Shown here piece by piece: positions 17,816 to 26,965 of a stretch of DNA of 64,000 nucleotides. The translations under genes and the position numbers were made by a program. The stretch is from the sequence record OQ599310. The stretch is one strand, 5' to 3'. A model generated the notes under the pieces. It was not told the origin of the DNA, did not search any database, and saw only the letters and a list, made by a program, of their open reading frames with translations. Positions within the stretch are counted from its first letter, which is position 1; every line of letters begins with the position of its first letter. Source of the DNA: Escherichia phage 55.

Positions 17816-18028
17816 ATGTATAAATTTCGTAAAGGTTTAGCTGATTTTCTTACAACTGTAACGTTCTTTTTGTTTATGGCAGTTGGAGCTATTTTTCTTA
17901 TTCCTTTTACTGTTGTATTTTTCGTGATTAGTTTAATTTCTCCGGAAAAGGGTTTATCCTCCAGCGAATTCAATGAACGTTTGGACAAAATTACTAATAA
18001 ACTGAATTCTGTTCTTGGCAAGGAATAA
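17816..18028 (+). CDS. small membrane protein
   Basis: ATG 17816 with AAGGG RBS; central hydrophobic stretch. Confidence 0.5.
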   Translation: MYKFRKGLADFLTTVTFFLFMAVGAIFLIPFTVVFFVISLISPEKGLSSSEFNERLDKITNKLNSVLGKE

Positions 18029-18030
18029 TT

Positions 18031-18339
18031 GTGGAACACAACAAGATTGAAATTTATGGCATCCCTGAAGAAGTAGGACGTTGTCCAGGATGTTATACTG
18101 TTACAAAACTTTTAAAGGAGCTCAATGCTCCTTATACATTTTATAAAGTCCTCACTAATAATGGTAAGATTGAATATGACCGTCCTTTAATTGTATCTCT
18201 TGCTAAACGTGCAGGATTCACTTCACTTAATATTCGTTATCCTGTCATATTTTTAAATGGTAAGAAACAAAAGAATATTGCAGAGTTTAAAAAGTCCTTG
18301 ATTTCATTAGGATACGACTCTGATATCATAGAAGATTGA
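18031..18339 (+). CDS. nrdH: glutaredoxin-like protein NrdH
   Basis: CPGCY redox motif; GTG start 6 nt after AAGGA. Confidence 0.75.
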   Translation: MEHNKIEIYGIPEEVGRCPGCYTVTKLLKELNAPYTFYKVLTNNGKIEYDRPLIVSLAKRAGFTSLNIRYPVIFLNGKKQKNIAEFKKSLISLGYDSDIIED

Positions 18340-18363
18340 CCAGGTGCCGCCTGGTCTTCTTTA
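18338..18363 (+). terminator. stem-loop terminator after nrdH
   Basis: GACCAGG-tgccg-CCTGGTC followed by T-rich tract. Confidence 0.5.
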
Positions 18364-18447
18364 TCCCATTTCTAATATACTCCATTGGAATCTTCACTTC
18401 ACTATCTCCTTGTGCCCCTCTCAAATCAAAAATATTTTCATAAAACA

Positions 18448-18476
18448 GTTTACATCCTCAATAGATGTGTTAAGAT
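18448..18476 (+). promoter_or_regulatory. early promoter (-35 GTTTAC, -10 TAAGAT)
   Basis: GTTTAC 18448..18453, 17-nt spacer; CTCAATAGATG/CATCTACTATAGAGG inverted repeat. Confidence 0.45.
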
Positions 18477-18504
18477 TAAACCATCTACTATAGAGGAAAA
18501 TAAA

Positions 18505-18687
18505 ATGACAATTGAAGATAAAGAAATTAAGGTCGACCAGTACTATTCTGTCAACGGTAATGCAGTACAGATAACCAGAGTTTCAAGCCTGGATGTTTGG
18601 TACCGTTCAATCAAATATCCAGAAATTGGTGAAATGCTTTGTGACCGTGGTATCTTCTGTTCAATTGCGAAGGAAATTAAGCCATGA
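18505..18687 (+). CDS. hypothetical small protein (60 aa)
   Basis: GAGGAAAA RBS before ATG 18505. Confidence 0.5.
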   Translation: MTIEDKEIKVDQYYSVNGNAVQITRVSSLDVWYRSIKYPEIGEMLCDRGIFCSIAKEIKP

Positions 18688-18932
18688 TTAGTTTAGATTC
18701 AAAGAAAGTTGTTCTAACCCTTAAAGTTAATGACGAGCGACCGGTATTCATTACCATTTCCGATTTACATGTTGAAATTGCTAATGGCGTTCGTACTTAT
18801 CAAACGACTAAAACACAATGGGACTATATCCCGATGTTGACGCTTACTCAGCGTTTAGAATCAATCGGTCTTAAAGACCTTTCAGTAAGTGAAGTGAATT
18901 TTATCAAACGTGTCGTATCAATCAACCTCTGA
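18684..18932 (+). CDS. hypothetical small protein (82 aa)
   Basis: ATGA-coupled ORF. Confidence 0.5.
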   Translation: MISLDSKKVVLTLKVNDERPVFITISDLHVEIANGVRTYQTTKTQWDYIPMLTLTQRLESIGLKDLSVSEVNFIKRVVSINL

Positions 18933-18939
18933 GGTACTT

Positions 18940-19233
18940 ATGGGTAAAACATATCGTCGTAAAGATTTGAAAGTTCGCGATTATGACTATTTTGGTAAGC
19001 GTAAAGCTCCTGACGGTGTTAGCCACAAAGACATGGTTGAAAACATTTTCCGCTCAGATAAATGGAAACGTATGAAAGGAGTTGATTCTGAAGTCAAGAA
19101 TGAAATGAATCGACAACTCCGCAAAGAAGTTCGTAAGTTGAAAAAAGATGTTTACAGTAAAGAAGAGTATGATTATAATACTTCTCATACTGAAGCCAAA
19201 CGTAAAGCTAACGAATGTTATCGTTACAGTTGA
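18940..19233 (+). CDS. hypothetical basic protein (97 aa)
   Basis: GAGGT RBS before ATG 18940. Confidence 0.5.
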   Translation: MGKTYRRKDLKVRDYDYFGKRKAPDGVSHKDMVENIFRSDKWKRMKGVDSEVKNEMNRQLRKEVRKLKKDVYSKEEYDYNTSHTEAKRKANECYRYS

Positions 19234-19240
19234 GGAAATT

Positions 19241-19375
19241 ATGAATATCAAACGAATGCTTTTTAAGCAGGGATTATATACTTTAAATGTTAATCCAAAG
19301 GGTGATACAACTAAATGGTCTGTAAATGACTGGATTAAGTTCATCGATGAAAATGGGGCGTGGAACACAAAATGA
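19241..19375 (+). CDS. hypothetical small protein (44 aa)
   Basis: GAGGAAA RBS before ATG 19241. Confidence 0.4.
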   Translation: MNIKRMLFKQGLYTLNVNPKGDTTKWSVNDWIKFIDENGAWNTK

Positions 19376-19572
19376 ATCCTGAAAATATTGTGTCATGGCA
19401 ACTTCGTGAAGAACGTGCCGAATTCTTTGCCAATATGAAACTCAACGGTGTTGAGGATGAAGACTTTTTACGCTGGTTCTGGATTTACAAATACAAAGAA
19501 TGCCAACATGCTGTGCTATTGACTTGCGCAATTATGTACGAAGGCTGGAAAGGCGCTAAAAAGTTCGGTTAA
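19372..19572 (+). CDS. hypothetical small protein (66 aa)
   Basis: ATGA-coupled start at 19372. Confidence 0.45.
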   Translation: MNPENIVSWQLREERAEFFANMKLNGVEDEDFLRWFWIYKYKECQHAVLLTCAIMYEGWKGAKKFG

Positions 19573-19583
19573 TAGTTTATGAT

Positions 19584-19610
19584 GGTAGGAAGAAGTGTTA
19601 TCTTCCTACC
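19584..19610 (+). promoter_or_regulatory. promoter-associated inverted repeat (GGTAGGAAG/CTTCCTACC)
   Basis: 9-bp perfect inverted repeat between GTTTAT -35-like hexamer and the RBS of ORF 19628. Confidence 0.4.
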
Positions 19611-19627
19611 AATTTGAGGAGAATATC

Positions 19628-19867
19628 ATGGAACAAGAATTAGACATTATTACATCGAAAAAACGTCTTGAAGTTGTAGTGACCGGCTCAACTATTAAGT
19701 TTGTATATGACACTTTAACTGATGCTATTACCGTTAGTTGTGGCGGAAAGGCTTTTAGTCTAGATTCTACTGAAAACAAATACCCGTTCTATAAAGGTAT
19801 CTTTGATATGGGTGTTGATATCAGTGTTCGTCAAGCAAACTATTTACATTATCTTATCACGAAATAA
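19628..19867 (+). CDS. hypothetical protein (79 aa)
   Basis: GAGGAG RBS before ATG 19628. Confidence 0.5.
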   Translation: MEQELDIITSKKRLEVVVTGSTIKFVYDTLTDAITVSCGGKAFSLDSTENKYPFYKGIFDMGVDISVRQANYLHYLITK

Positions 19868-19933
19868 CGCACAAACTCTTGAGAGCAGAGTATAATGCTC
19901 TCGTTGGATAATAAAATAACAGAGGAAAATAAT

Positions 19934-20266
19934 ATGTCTACTAAAATCAAAAACGTAGTGAACTCTTTCGCTTTCGATAAAGTTGTTAGTCTTCTAGAAA
20001 AAGGTGGTATTGTTACTCCTCAAGTTCTTGACGCGTGGGAATTCCGTCTTTATGAAATCATGCAAAAACACGACCAGAAAATTGGACGTAATTCTATTCG
20101 TGAAATTCTAGTACAATATATTCTTTCTGAATTTGACGTTGCTGCATTTGGTGTTGAATCTAAAGCTTATCAGAAACATGAAATCTCTGAAAAAACTATC
20201 CGTCGTATGAAAAATCAACGTAAGAAAAAATTCGCTGACTTGAAAATTGTTAAGGCGGTAAAATGA
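19934..20266 (+). CDS. hypothetical protein (110 aa)
   Basis: AGAGGAAAA RBS before ATG 19934. Confidence 0.5.
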   Translation: MSTKIKNVVNSFAFDKVVSLLEKGGIVTPQVLDAWEFRLYEIMQKHDQKIGRNSIREILVQYILSEFDVAAFGVESKAYQKHEISEKTIRRMKNQRKKKFADLKIVKAVK

Positions 20267-20490
20267 GCATACTAACAGAAACTTTGATTAATGATCTGCG
20301 TCTAGCTGGTTACGAAGTTGGTACAAATAGTCTAGGTCTTCCTCAGATTGAAGGTCCTGGATTTATTCTAGAATACGAATTCAAACAATGGTGGCTATAT
20401 GCTACGGTTGACGATGCGTTGAATATTGATTTCGTTGACCAATTTGATTCATTGGATGCTGCTCTTGAAGCGGCAAAGGAACTAGAATGA
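20263..20490 (+). CDS. hypothetical acidic protein (75 aa)
   Basis: ATGA-coupled ORF. Confidence 0.5.
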   Translation: MSILTETLINDLRLAGYEVGTNSLGLPQIEGPGFILEYEFKQWWLYATVDDALNIDFVDQFDSLDAALEAAKELE

Positions 20491-20756
20491 AATTAACTCG
20501 AATCAGTATAACTGAAGAAAAGCTGGGCGAATTTTATGTTGACGAATACATGAAAGTCACGTATTTTCCATTCGTTAAAGGTGTTGGTTTTTGGGAAACT
20601 CATGTATCTCAATTAAATGAAGGCGACTATAACGAAACACATGAGAACTTTTTAGATTTTCTTTATAATGCCGGTCTTACTGAGCTTTATATTGATATAC
20701 ATGAGTTCAAACGTTTAATGGAAAAAGTGTTTCAGGCTTATTGTTTGCTCCGATAG
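20487..20756 (+). CDS. hypothetical protein (89 aa)
   Basis: ATGA-coupled ORF. Confidence 0.5.
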   Translation: MKLTRISITEEKLGEFYVDEYMKVTYFPFVKGVGFWETHVSQLNEGDYNETHENFLDFLYNAGLTELYIDIHEFKRLMEKVFQAYCLLR

Positions 20757-20763
20757 TATCTCG

Positions 20764-20807
20764 TGCTTTAAGATAGGTCTCTAAATATTATGATATAATA
20801 GACCTAT
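20764..20807 (+). promoter_or_regulatory. promoter region of gene 55 (TGCTTTA box, TATAAT, ATAGGTCT/AGACCTAT inverted repeat)
   Basis: TGCTTTA 20764..20770; TATAAT 20794..20799; 8-bp inverted repeat flanking the -10. Confidence 0.4.
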
Positions 20808-20828
20808 GAATTGAGCCAAGAGGTACTT

Positions 20829-21386
20829 ATGACTGAACAAAAACCTAAAAATAACTATGTGAATAATAAAGAGCTTCTCGCCGCTATAATCGAGTGGAAA
20901 AAGGAGCTCCTAAATAATAAAGACCCAAACAAAATTATTCGTCAGAATGATACCATCGGTTTAGCAATTATGCTTATCGCCGAAGGCCTGTCCAAACGTT
21001 TCAACTTTTCAGGATATACCCAGTCTTGGAAGCAGGAGATGATTGCAGACGGGATTGAAGCCTCTATTAAGGGACTTCATAATTTCGACGAAACTAAGTA
21101 CAATAACCCACATGCATACATAACTCGAGCTTGTTTTAATGCTTTTGTCCAACGTATCAAAAAAGAACGTAAGGAAGTTGCAAAGAAATATAGTTACTTC
21201 GTTCATAATGTCTACGACAGTCATGACGATGATATGGTAGCGTTGGTAGATGAAACGTTTATTCAAGACATCTACGATAAAATGACGCATTATGAAGAAT
21301 CCGCTTATAAAGCTCCTGGGGCTGAAAAGAAGGAAGTTGTTAGCGATTCGCCTAGTTTGGATTTTTTATATGAGGATGACAATTGA
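20829..21386 (+). CDS. 55: late-transcription sigma factor gp55
   Basis: [17 protein letters not shown]...; near-collinear with T4 gp55 as recalled; AAGAGG RBS before ATG 20829. Confidence 0.9.
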   Translation: MTEQKPKNNYVNNKELLAAIIEWKKELLNNKDPNKIIRQNDTIGLAIMLIAEGLSKRFNFSGYTQSWKQEMIADGIEASIKGLHNFDETKYNNPHAYITRACFNAFVQRIKKERKEVAKKYSYFVHNVYDSHDDDMVALVDETFIQDIYDKMTHYEESAYKAPGAEKKEVVSDSPSLDFLYEDDN

Positions 21387-21585
21387 CATCTCTAACTACT
21401 TAGAAGAACCTTTTGACGAAGCAATCCCTTATTTGGTAAAACTGTTGGGTCGTGAATTTAAAATTAATTTTGACATCGACCCTTTGAACCCACATGACGT
21501 GTCATTTTCAATAAATGGGACTCCAGTTGAGTACGAGTTCTGTATTGAAGAGGATGGACGTTTTTATTTTAATTTAATGAGATAA
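21370..21585 (+). CDS. hypothetical small protein
   Basis: ATG pair at 21370/21376 overlapping the gene 55 stop. Confidence 0.45.
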   Translation: MRMTIDISNYLEEPFDEAIPYLVKLLGREFKINFDIDPLNPHDVSFSINGTPVEYEFCIEEDGRFYFNLMR

Positions 21586-21586
21586 T

Positions 21587-21910
21587 ATGACTACCGAGAT
21601 TATTGAAAATAAAGAAGCAGAAGATGCAGTAGCTAAAATGCTACAAGAAATCCAAAAGAAAAATGAAGCTGAAGCACGTAAAAAATCCGAAAAGATTCTT
21701 AAAAAGAATCGTTTTGAACTAAACCGTCTTTATGCACATGCTCAAGAAGCAGCAATTCAAAACAACTTCGAAGCTTACGAATATGCTATTAAGAAATCTC
21801 GGGATATTCTACGACAACCATATAATGACAAGTTAATTAAAATCCAGTGGATTACTACTCGTCAGGCTATTGAGGACATCATTAATGGCGCTAGTTCAAA
21901 CAAAGTTTAA
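21587..21910 (+). CDS. hypothetical protein (107 aa)
   Basis: ATG immediately after previous stop. Confidence 0.55.
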   Translation: MTTEIIENKEAEDAVAKMLQEIQKKNEAEARKKSEKILKKNRFELNRLYAHAQEAAIQNNFEAYEYAIKKSRDILRQPYNDKLIKIQWITTRQAIEDIINGASSNKV

Positions 21911-22091
21911 ACGTCTGAAGCTGAACGCAGGGTTCACCCTTAAATTGGGAGGTCCTCTCTGTGTTAAAATTTCTGAAAAGGAATATCACGACGGTTCTAT
22001 TACAGAAATTTGTCCGCCTATTGTAAAGGCAGACCCAAAACAACTCGTGTGGGTCGATTCATTTCAAGTTAAGAAATGGTGGAAACGATGA
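21885..22091 (+). CDS. hypothetical small protein (68 aa)
   Basis: internal ATG of track ORF 21870, overlapping the upstream gene end. Confidence 0.45.
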   Translation: MALVQTKFKRLKLNAGFTLKLGGPLCVKISEKEYHDGSITEICPPIVKADPKQLVWVDSFQVKKWWKR

Positions 22092-22130
22092 GAGAAATCG
22101 ATTTAGGTATTTTCTGAGAGGTGCTTATGC

Positions 22131-22304
22131 GTGACGAACATCCCGACTTCTGAAAATTTCGATAAAATCCGTAAAGGCAAAGCAGAAAGAACGAGACGTT
22201 TTAAAGAGTCTTATGATAAAGCTAAAGCCGAAGGAACTATTACATACAAGCCCATTCGATTTAAAAGTTCAAATGAGCCTCTGTACGGTGTACTATGTGG
22301 ATAG
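22131..22304 (+). CDS. possible GTG-initiated small ORF (57 aa), not in track
   Basis: GAGAGG upstream, basic protein-like sequence, stop abuts the terminator hairpin. Confidence 0.2.
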   Translation: MTNIPTSENFDKIRKGKAERTRRFKESYDKAKAEGTITYKPIRFKSSNEPLYGVLCG

Positions 22305-22327
22305 GAACTCTTCGGAGTTCCTTTTTT
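22304..22327 (+). terminator. stem-loop terminator with UUCG tetraloop
   Basis: GGAACTC-TTCG-GAGTTCC + TTTTTT. Confidence 0.6.
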
Positions 22328-22350
22328 GCTTTATAAACGGATGATAGAAT
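22327..22350 (+). promoter_or_regulatory. middle promoter of gene 47 (MotA box TGCTTTA + TAGAAT)
   Basis: TGCTTTA 22327..22333, 11-nt gap, TAGAAT 22345..22350. Confidence 0.5.
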
Positions 22351-22373
22351 GAATTAACTAATGAGGAAATAAT

Positions 22374-23393
22374 ATGAAAATTTTGCACTTAGGCGACTTC
22401 CATATCGGAGTCAAACAAGACGACCCGTGGGTTCAAGATATTCAACGTGATGGTATTCGTCAAGCAATTGAATACTCTAAGAAACACGGGATTAAAACTT
22501 GGATTCAGTACGGCGATTGGTTTGACGTCCGTAAAGCAATAACACATCGTACGATGGAATTCAATCGTGAAATCGTTGATATGATTTCTAAAGCAGGCAT
22601 TCACGTTCATGTCACGATAGGAAACCATGACATGGCGTTTAAGAATACAATAACACCTAACACTGTTTCTGAATTGTTAACTCAATTTGAAAACTTTACT
22701 ATTTACGAACATCCAACTACTGTAGATTTTGACGGATGTCTGATTGATATCGTTCCATGGATGTGTGAAGAAAATACAGGTGAAATCTTAGAGCACATCA
22801 AGACTTCTTCTGCTGCGTATTGTGTTGGTCATTGGGAACTGAACGGCTTTTATTTCTATAAAGGAATGAAGTCTCATGGGCTTGAACCTGATTTCTTAAA
22901 GACCTATAAACAAGTCTGGTCTGGCCACTTCCACACAATCTCTGAAGCTGCTAACGTCAAATATATTGGGACACCATGGACCCTTACTGCAGGCGATGAG
23001 AACGACCCGCGCGGATTCTGGGTATTCGACACTGATGTTGAACGTATGGAATTTATTCCTAATGAAACAACATGGCATCGACGAATCACTTATCCGTTTA
23101 AAGGCAAAATCAATTATTCTGATTATACTAATCTAGCCGTACGTGTTATAGTATCAGAAATTGATTCAGAGTTGACTAAGTTTGAATCTGAACTTGAAAA
23201 AGTAGTTCACTCTCTTCGTATGGTTTCTAAAGTTGATAACAGTGTTGAATCTGATGACGACCAGGAAATCGAGATTAAATCACTTCAAGATATCATTAAA
23301 GAATATATTGACGCGATTCCAGATATCTCAGACGAAGACCGAGAAGCGCTGGTCAAATATTCCAACGAACTTTATATCGAGGCAACACAATGA
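22374..23393 (+). CDS. 47: recombination nuclease subunit gp47 (Mre11-like phosphoesterase)
   Basis: 339 aa; HLGDFHIG and GNHD metallophosphatase motifs. Confidence 0.9.
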   Translation: MKILHLGDFHIGVKQDDPWVQDIQRDGIRQAIEYSKKHGIKTWIQYGDWFDVRKAITHRTMEFNREIVDMISKAGIHVHVTIGNHDMAFKNTITPNTVSELLTQFENFTIYEHPTTVDFDGCLIDIVPWMCEENTGEILEHIKTSSAAYCVGHWELNGFYFYKGMKSHGLEPDFLKTYKQVWSGHFHTISEAANVKYIGTPWTLTAGDENDPRGFWVFDTDVERMEFIPNETTWHRRITYPFKGKINYSDYTNLAVRVIVSEIDSELTKFESELEKVVHSLRMVSKVDNSVESDDDQEIEIKSLQDIIKEYIDAIPDISDEDREALVKYSNELYIEATQ

Positions 23394-23647
23394 CTTTAGA
23401 TGAATTTAACAATGCCGGACTCAGCCTTGAAGTTGAAATGGACGTTAAAGATGATGATGGATTCGAGAACACTATCAAGTATTGGATTGAACCATTACGT
23501 GTTGAAGGCAATGAAGTTAAAGCAGTTCATGTCTGCACCGACTGGGCTATTGAATTTAGCTTTAATATAATGGACAACGATACTCCCGGTTCTATTCTTA
23601 AAATGGCTGAAGCATGTATCAAGGATGCGTATAATGACGAAGACTGA
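23390..23647 (+). CDS. hypothetical small protein (46.x-like)
   Basis: ATGA-coupled ORF between 47 and 46. Confidence 0.5.
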   Translation: MTLDEFNNAGLSLEVEMDVKDDDGFENTIKYWIEPLRVEGNEVKAVHVCTDWAIEFSFNIMDNDTPGSILKMAEACIKDAYNDED

Positions 23648-23873
23648 TTATGAAATCCATCGTCACGAATTTAGTATTGGTGACGGTTATATTGGTATCG
23701 TTGAATGGACTGAGAATTACGAGGAGACAACTCCTCGTTTCTTTGGAACAATGTATGTTACCTGTGAGTACGCACCTGGTGTTGTTATGTATGCAGAACT
23801 AGATGAATATTTTGCTGATAGAGATGACATGTTAAAATATGTAGAGGACTTCATTCGAAGAGAATACATATGA
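23634..23873 (+). CDS. hypothetical small protein (46.x-like)
   Basis: ATGA-coupled ATG at 23634 (track start 23625). Confidence 0.45.
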   Translation: MTKTDYEIHRHEFSIGDGYIGIVEWTENYEETTPRFFGTMYVTCEYAPGVVMYAELDEYFADRDDMLKYVEDFIRREYI

Positions 23874-25558
23874 AATCATTTAAATTAAATCGTGTTCGTT
23901 ATCAAAACATCATGTCGGTAGGTGGGAATCCTATTGATATCCAATTAGATAAAGTCCAAAAGACCTTAATCACTGGTAAAAACGGCGGTGGTAAATCTAC
24001 GATGTTAGAAGCCATCACTTTCGGACTTTTCGGTAAACCATTTCGTGATGTTAAGAAAGGACAAATCATTAATAGCACGAACAAGAAAGAGCTCTTAGTT
24101 GAGCTTTGGATGGAATTCGATGATAAAAAATACTTCATTAAACGAGGCCAAAAGCCCAATATTTTCGAAATCTCCGTTGACGGTGTTCGTCTTGATGAAT
24201 CTGCCAGCAGTCGTGACTTCCAAGAAGAATTTGAACGTAGCATCGGAATGTCATACGCGTCTTTTAAACAGATCGTTGTGCTTGGGACGGCAGGGTATAC
24301 CCCTTTCATGGCTCTTAGCACCCCTGCTCGCAGAAAGCTTGTCGAAGACTTATTAGAAGTTGGAACACTAGCTGAAATGGATAAAATCAATAAGTCTCAA
24401 GTTCGAGAACTTAATTCACAGGGACAAGTTCTCGATGCCAAGAAAGATGGTATTATCCAACAAATTAAGATTTATAACGAGAATATCGAACGTCAAAAGA
24501 AATTATCTGGCGATAATGTAGCGCGTCTACAGAATATGTATGACGACCTAGCCAAAGAAGCTCGTTCATTAAAAGCAGAAATTGAAGAAGCTAACGAGCG
24601 TCTACTTAATATCGTTCTTGACGAAGACCCTACTGAGGCATTCAACAAGATCGGACAAGAAGCATTATTGATTAAATCTAAAATTGACTCATATAACAAA
24701 GTTATTAAGATGTATCATGATGGCGGTACATGTCCTACTTGTGCATCACAGTTGCACCAGGGTGATCCTATTGTCTCTAAGATTACCGATAAGCTTCATG
24801 AATGTAATCACTCATTCGAGCAACTTACCTGTCACAGAGATAATCTGAGTGTCCTAGTGGACGAATATAGAGCTAATGTTAAGACTAAACAGGACCTTGC
24901 ATCTGATATTCGTACCAAGAAACAAGCAATGATTGCCACTATTGATAAAGCTAAGAAAGTTAAAGCTGCAATAGAACAAGCCTCGGCGGAATTTATCGAC
25001 CATGCCGATGAGATAGCTTTGCTTCAAAAAGAACTTGATAAAATCATTAAAACAAAATCGGATATCGTTCTTGAAAAATACCATCGTGGTATTATCACAG
25101 ATATGTTAAAAGATTCTGGTATTAAAGGTGCTATCATTAAAAAATATGTGCCTCTGTTCAACAAGCAGATTAATCATTACCTTAAAATCATGGAAGCTGA
25201 TTACGTGTTTTCTATTGATGAAGAATTCAATGAATCTATAAAATCACGTGGTCGTGAAGATTTTAGTTATGCTTCATTTAGTCAAGGTGAAAAGGCACGT
25301 ATCGATATCGCATTGTTGTTTACATGGCGAGATATTGCTGAAAAAGTTTCTGGTGTTAAAATCAACACGTTGATTCTTGATGAGGTTTTTGACGGCGCTG
25401 TAGATTCTGAAGCTGTTAAGGCTATAGATACCATTCTTGGAAGTTTACAAAATACTAACGTGTTCATTATCTCTCATCGAGACCATGACCCTCAACGTTA
25501 TGGACAACATCTTCAGATGAGTAAAGTTGGACGATTTACTGTAATGACTGTTTCATAA
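23870..25558 (+). CDS. 46: recombination ATPase gp46 (Rad50/SbcC-like)
   Basis: 562 aa; Walker A GKNGGGKST; central coiled coil with CxxC hook-like CPTC; C-terminal ILDEVFDG D-loop. Confidence 0.9.
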   Translation: MKSFKLNRVRYQNIMSVGGNPIDIQLDKVQKTLITGKNGGGKSTMLEAITFGLFGKPFRDVKKGQIINSTNKKELLVELWMEFDDKKYFIKRGQKPNIFEISVDGVRLDESASSRDFQEEFERSIGMSYASFKQIVVLGTAGYTPFMALSTPARRKLVEDLLEVGTLAEMDKINKSQVRELNSQGQVLDAKKDGIIQQIKIYNENIERQKKLSGDNVARLQNMYDDLAKEARSLKAEIEEANERLLNIVLDEDPTEAFNKIGQEALLIKSKIDSYNKVIKMYHDGGTCPTCASQLHQGDPIVSKITDKLHECNHSFEQLTCHRDNLSVLVDEYRANVKTKQDLASDIRTKKQAMIATIDKAKKVKAAIEQASAEFIDHADEIALLQKELDKIIKTKSDIVLEKYHRGIITDMLKDSGIKGAIIKKYVPLFNKQINHYLKIMEADYVFSIDEEFNESIKSRGREDFSYASFSQGEKARIDIALLFTWRDIAEKVSGVKINTLILDEVFDGAVDSEAVKAIDTILGSLQNTNVFIISHRDHDPQRYGQHLQMSKVGRFTVMTVS

Positions 25559-25584
25559 ACGCTTTAACACGATGTGGTTATAAT
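25558..25584 (+). promoter_or_regulatory. middle promoter (MotA-box-like GCTTTA + TATAAT)
   Basis: aacGCTTTA 25558..25566, 12-nt gap, TATAAT 25579..25584; ATGTGGT/ACCACAT inverted repeat around the -10. Confidence 0.45.
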
Positions 25585-25612
25585 GACCACATCAAATTAA
25601 ATGGAGAACAAC

Positions 25613-25801
25613 ATGGAGTATTCAACCGGACAACATCTTCTTGTTGTCCCTGAAATTAAAAAATATGTTTTGACCAATACGTTTTCAGGTGAAGAACATA
25701 TTGTTACTGAACAAATGCTCAAATCTGCTTTTAAAGATGAGTATAATAAAATAATGTCTAATCGCAATTCCGCATGGACAGTTACTGACTTCTACGAATA
25801 A
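25613..25801 (+). CDS. hypothetical small protein (45.2-like)
   Basis: GGAGAA RBS before ATG 25613. Confidence 0.5.
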   Translation: MEYSTGQHLLVVPEIKKYVLTNTFSGEEHIVTEQMLKSAFKDEYNKIMSNRNSAWTVTDFYE

Positions 25802-25813
25802 GAGAGAAATAAT

Positions 25814-26230
25814 ATGTTTACTACTGCTAAAGGTTTCACTGCTGCTGATCTGAAAGTTACTTCTATCCGTACTGACGCTAACCCGCATAACCATAATCGT
25901 GTTCGTAAAGCATGGGTCCTGCATTGTGATGACGCAAGTGCTAAAAAGCTTCAATCTTTGCCACAAGAAACTCGTTTTATGATTTATGGTTTTATTGATA
26001 ACGATGTATCTGATATGTGGATTCATCTGATGCGTAAGCACTATAAAGATTCTATTGAAGCTGGCGGAAAAATCGTTCTTGATAAAGACGGTTCTGAGCG
26101 TCTAGAAGATTTCTACTGTGTTGATGCCGACGAACAACTAATTGCAGCTGGCGAAATTGTTGCTTCTAAAATTCCAGAATATATTGAATCACTGCCTGAA
26201 GCTATTAAAAAGCAGATGGTTGCTGCATAA
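25814..26230 (+). CDS. rpbA: RNA polymerase-binding protein RpbA-like
   Basis: 138 aa directly upstream of gene 45, as in T4; assignment by position and size. Confidence 0.45.
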   Translation: MFTTAKGFTAADLKVTSIRTDANPHNHNRVRKAWVLHCDDASAKKLQSLPQETRFMIYGFIDNDVSDMWIHLMRKHYKDSIEAGGKIVLDKDGSERLEDFYCVDADEQLIAAGEIVASKIPEYIESLPEAIKKQMVAA

Positions 26231-26272
26231 TAAATTTGTTATAAACTTTGAATTGTCTTGAAAGGAAATAAA

Positions 26273-26959
26273 ATGAAACTGTCTAAAGATACTATCGCTA
26301 TTCTGAAAAACTTTGCCTCTATTAACTCTGGTATTCTGCTGAGTCAAGGTAAATTTATTATGACTCGTGCAGTTAATGGCACCACTTATGCGGAAGCAAA
26401 TATCTCTGATGAAATTGATTTTGACGTAGCACTTTATGATTTGAATAGCTTCTTAAGCATTTTGAGTCTAGTGTCTGATGATGCTGAAATTTCAATGCAC
26501 ACTGATGGCAATATTAAAATTGCAGATACACGTTCCACAGTTTATTGGCCTGCCGCTGACAAGAGCACCATTGTTTTTCCTAATAAGCCAATTCAATTCC
26601 CAGTGGCTTCTGTGATTACTGAAATTAAAGCAGAAGATCTTCAACAATTGCTTCGAGTTTCACGTGGTCTTCAGATTGATACAATTGCTATTACAAATAA
26701 AGATGGTAAAATTGTTATCAATGGCTATAATAAAGTTGAAGATTCTGGCTTGACTCGTCCTAAGTATTCTTTGACTCTTACCGATTATGATGGTTCTAAC
26801 AACTTTAACTTCGTAATCAATATGGCTAATATGAAAATCCAGCCAGGTAACTATAAAGTAATGTTGTGGGGAGCTGGTGATAAAGTTGCAGCTAAGTTTG
26901 AAAGCTCTCAAGTAAGTTATGTTATTGCGATGGAAGCCGATTCTACTCACGACTTCTAA
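26273..26959 (+). CDS. 45: sliding clamp gp45
   Basis: MKLSKDTIAILKNFASINSGILL...; near-collinear with T4 gp45 as recalled; ATG 26273 (track start is TTG). Confidence 0.95.
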   Translation: MKLSKDTIAILKNFASINSGILLSQGKFIMTRAVNGTTYAEANISDEIDFDVALYDLNSFLSILSLVSDDAEISMHTDGNIKIADTRSTVYWPAADKSTIVFPNKPIQFPVASVITEIKAEDLQQLLRVSRGLQIDTIAITNKDGKIVINGYNKVEDSGLTRPKYSLTLTDYDGSNNFNFVINMANMKIQPGNYKVMLWGAGDKVAAKFESSQVSYVIAMEADSTHDF

Positions 26960-26965
26960 GTCAAA

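Noticed and set aside
17805-17830. Additional late promoters at near-matches to TATAAATA (for example TATAAATT at ~17820, TATAAATG at ~17724)
   Set aside because: Not exact matches to the T4 late consensus and located inside or immediately at coding starts; only exact TATAAATA occurrences with suitable spacing were called
18385-18504. Long N-terminal extensions of track ORFs starting at TTG/GTG or upstream ATG (for example 18385, 13548, 42564, 53568, 39434)
   Set aside because: Extensions run through promoters, terminators or upstream genes; an RBS-backed ATG downstream gives a start consistent with the compact T4-like arrangement
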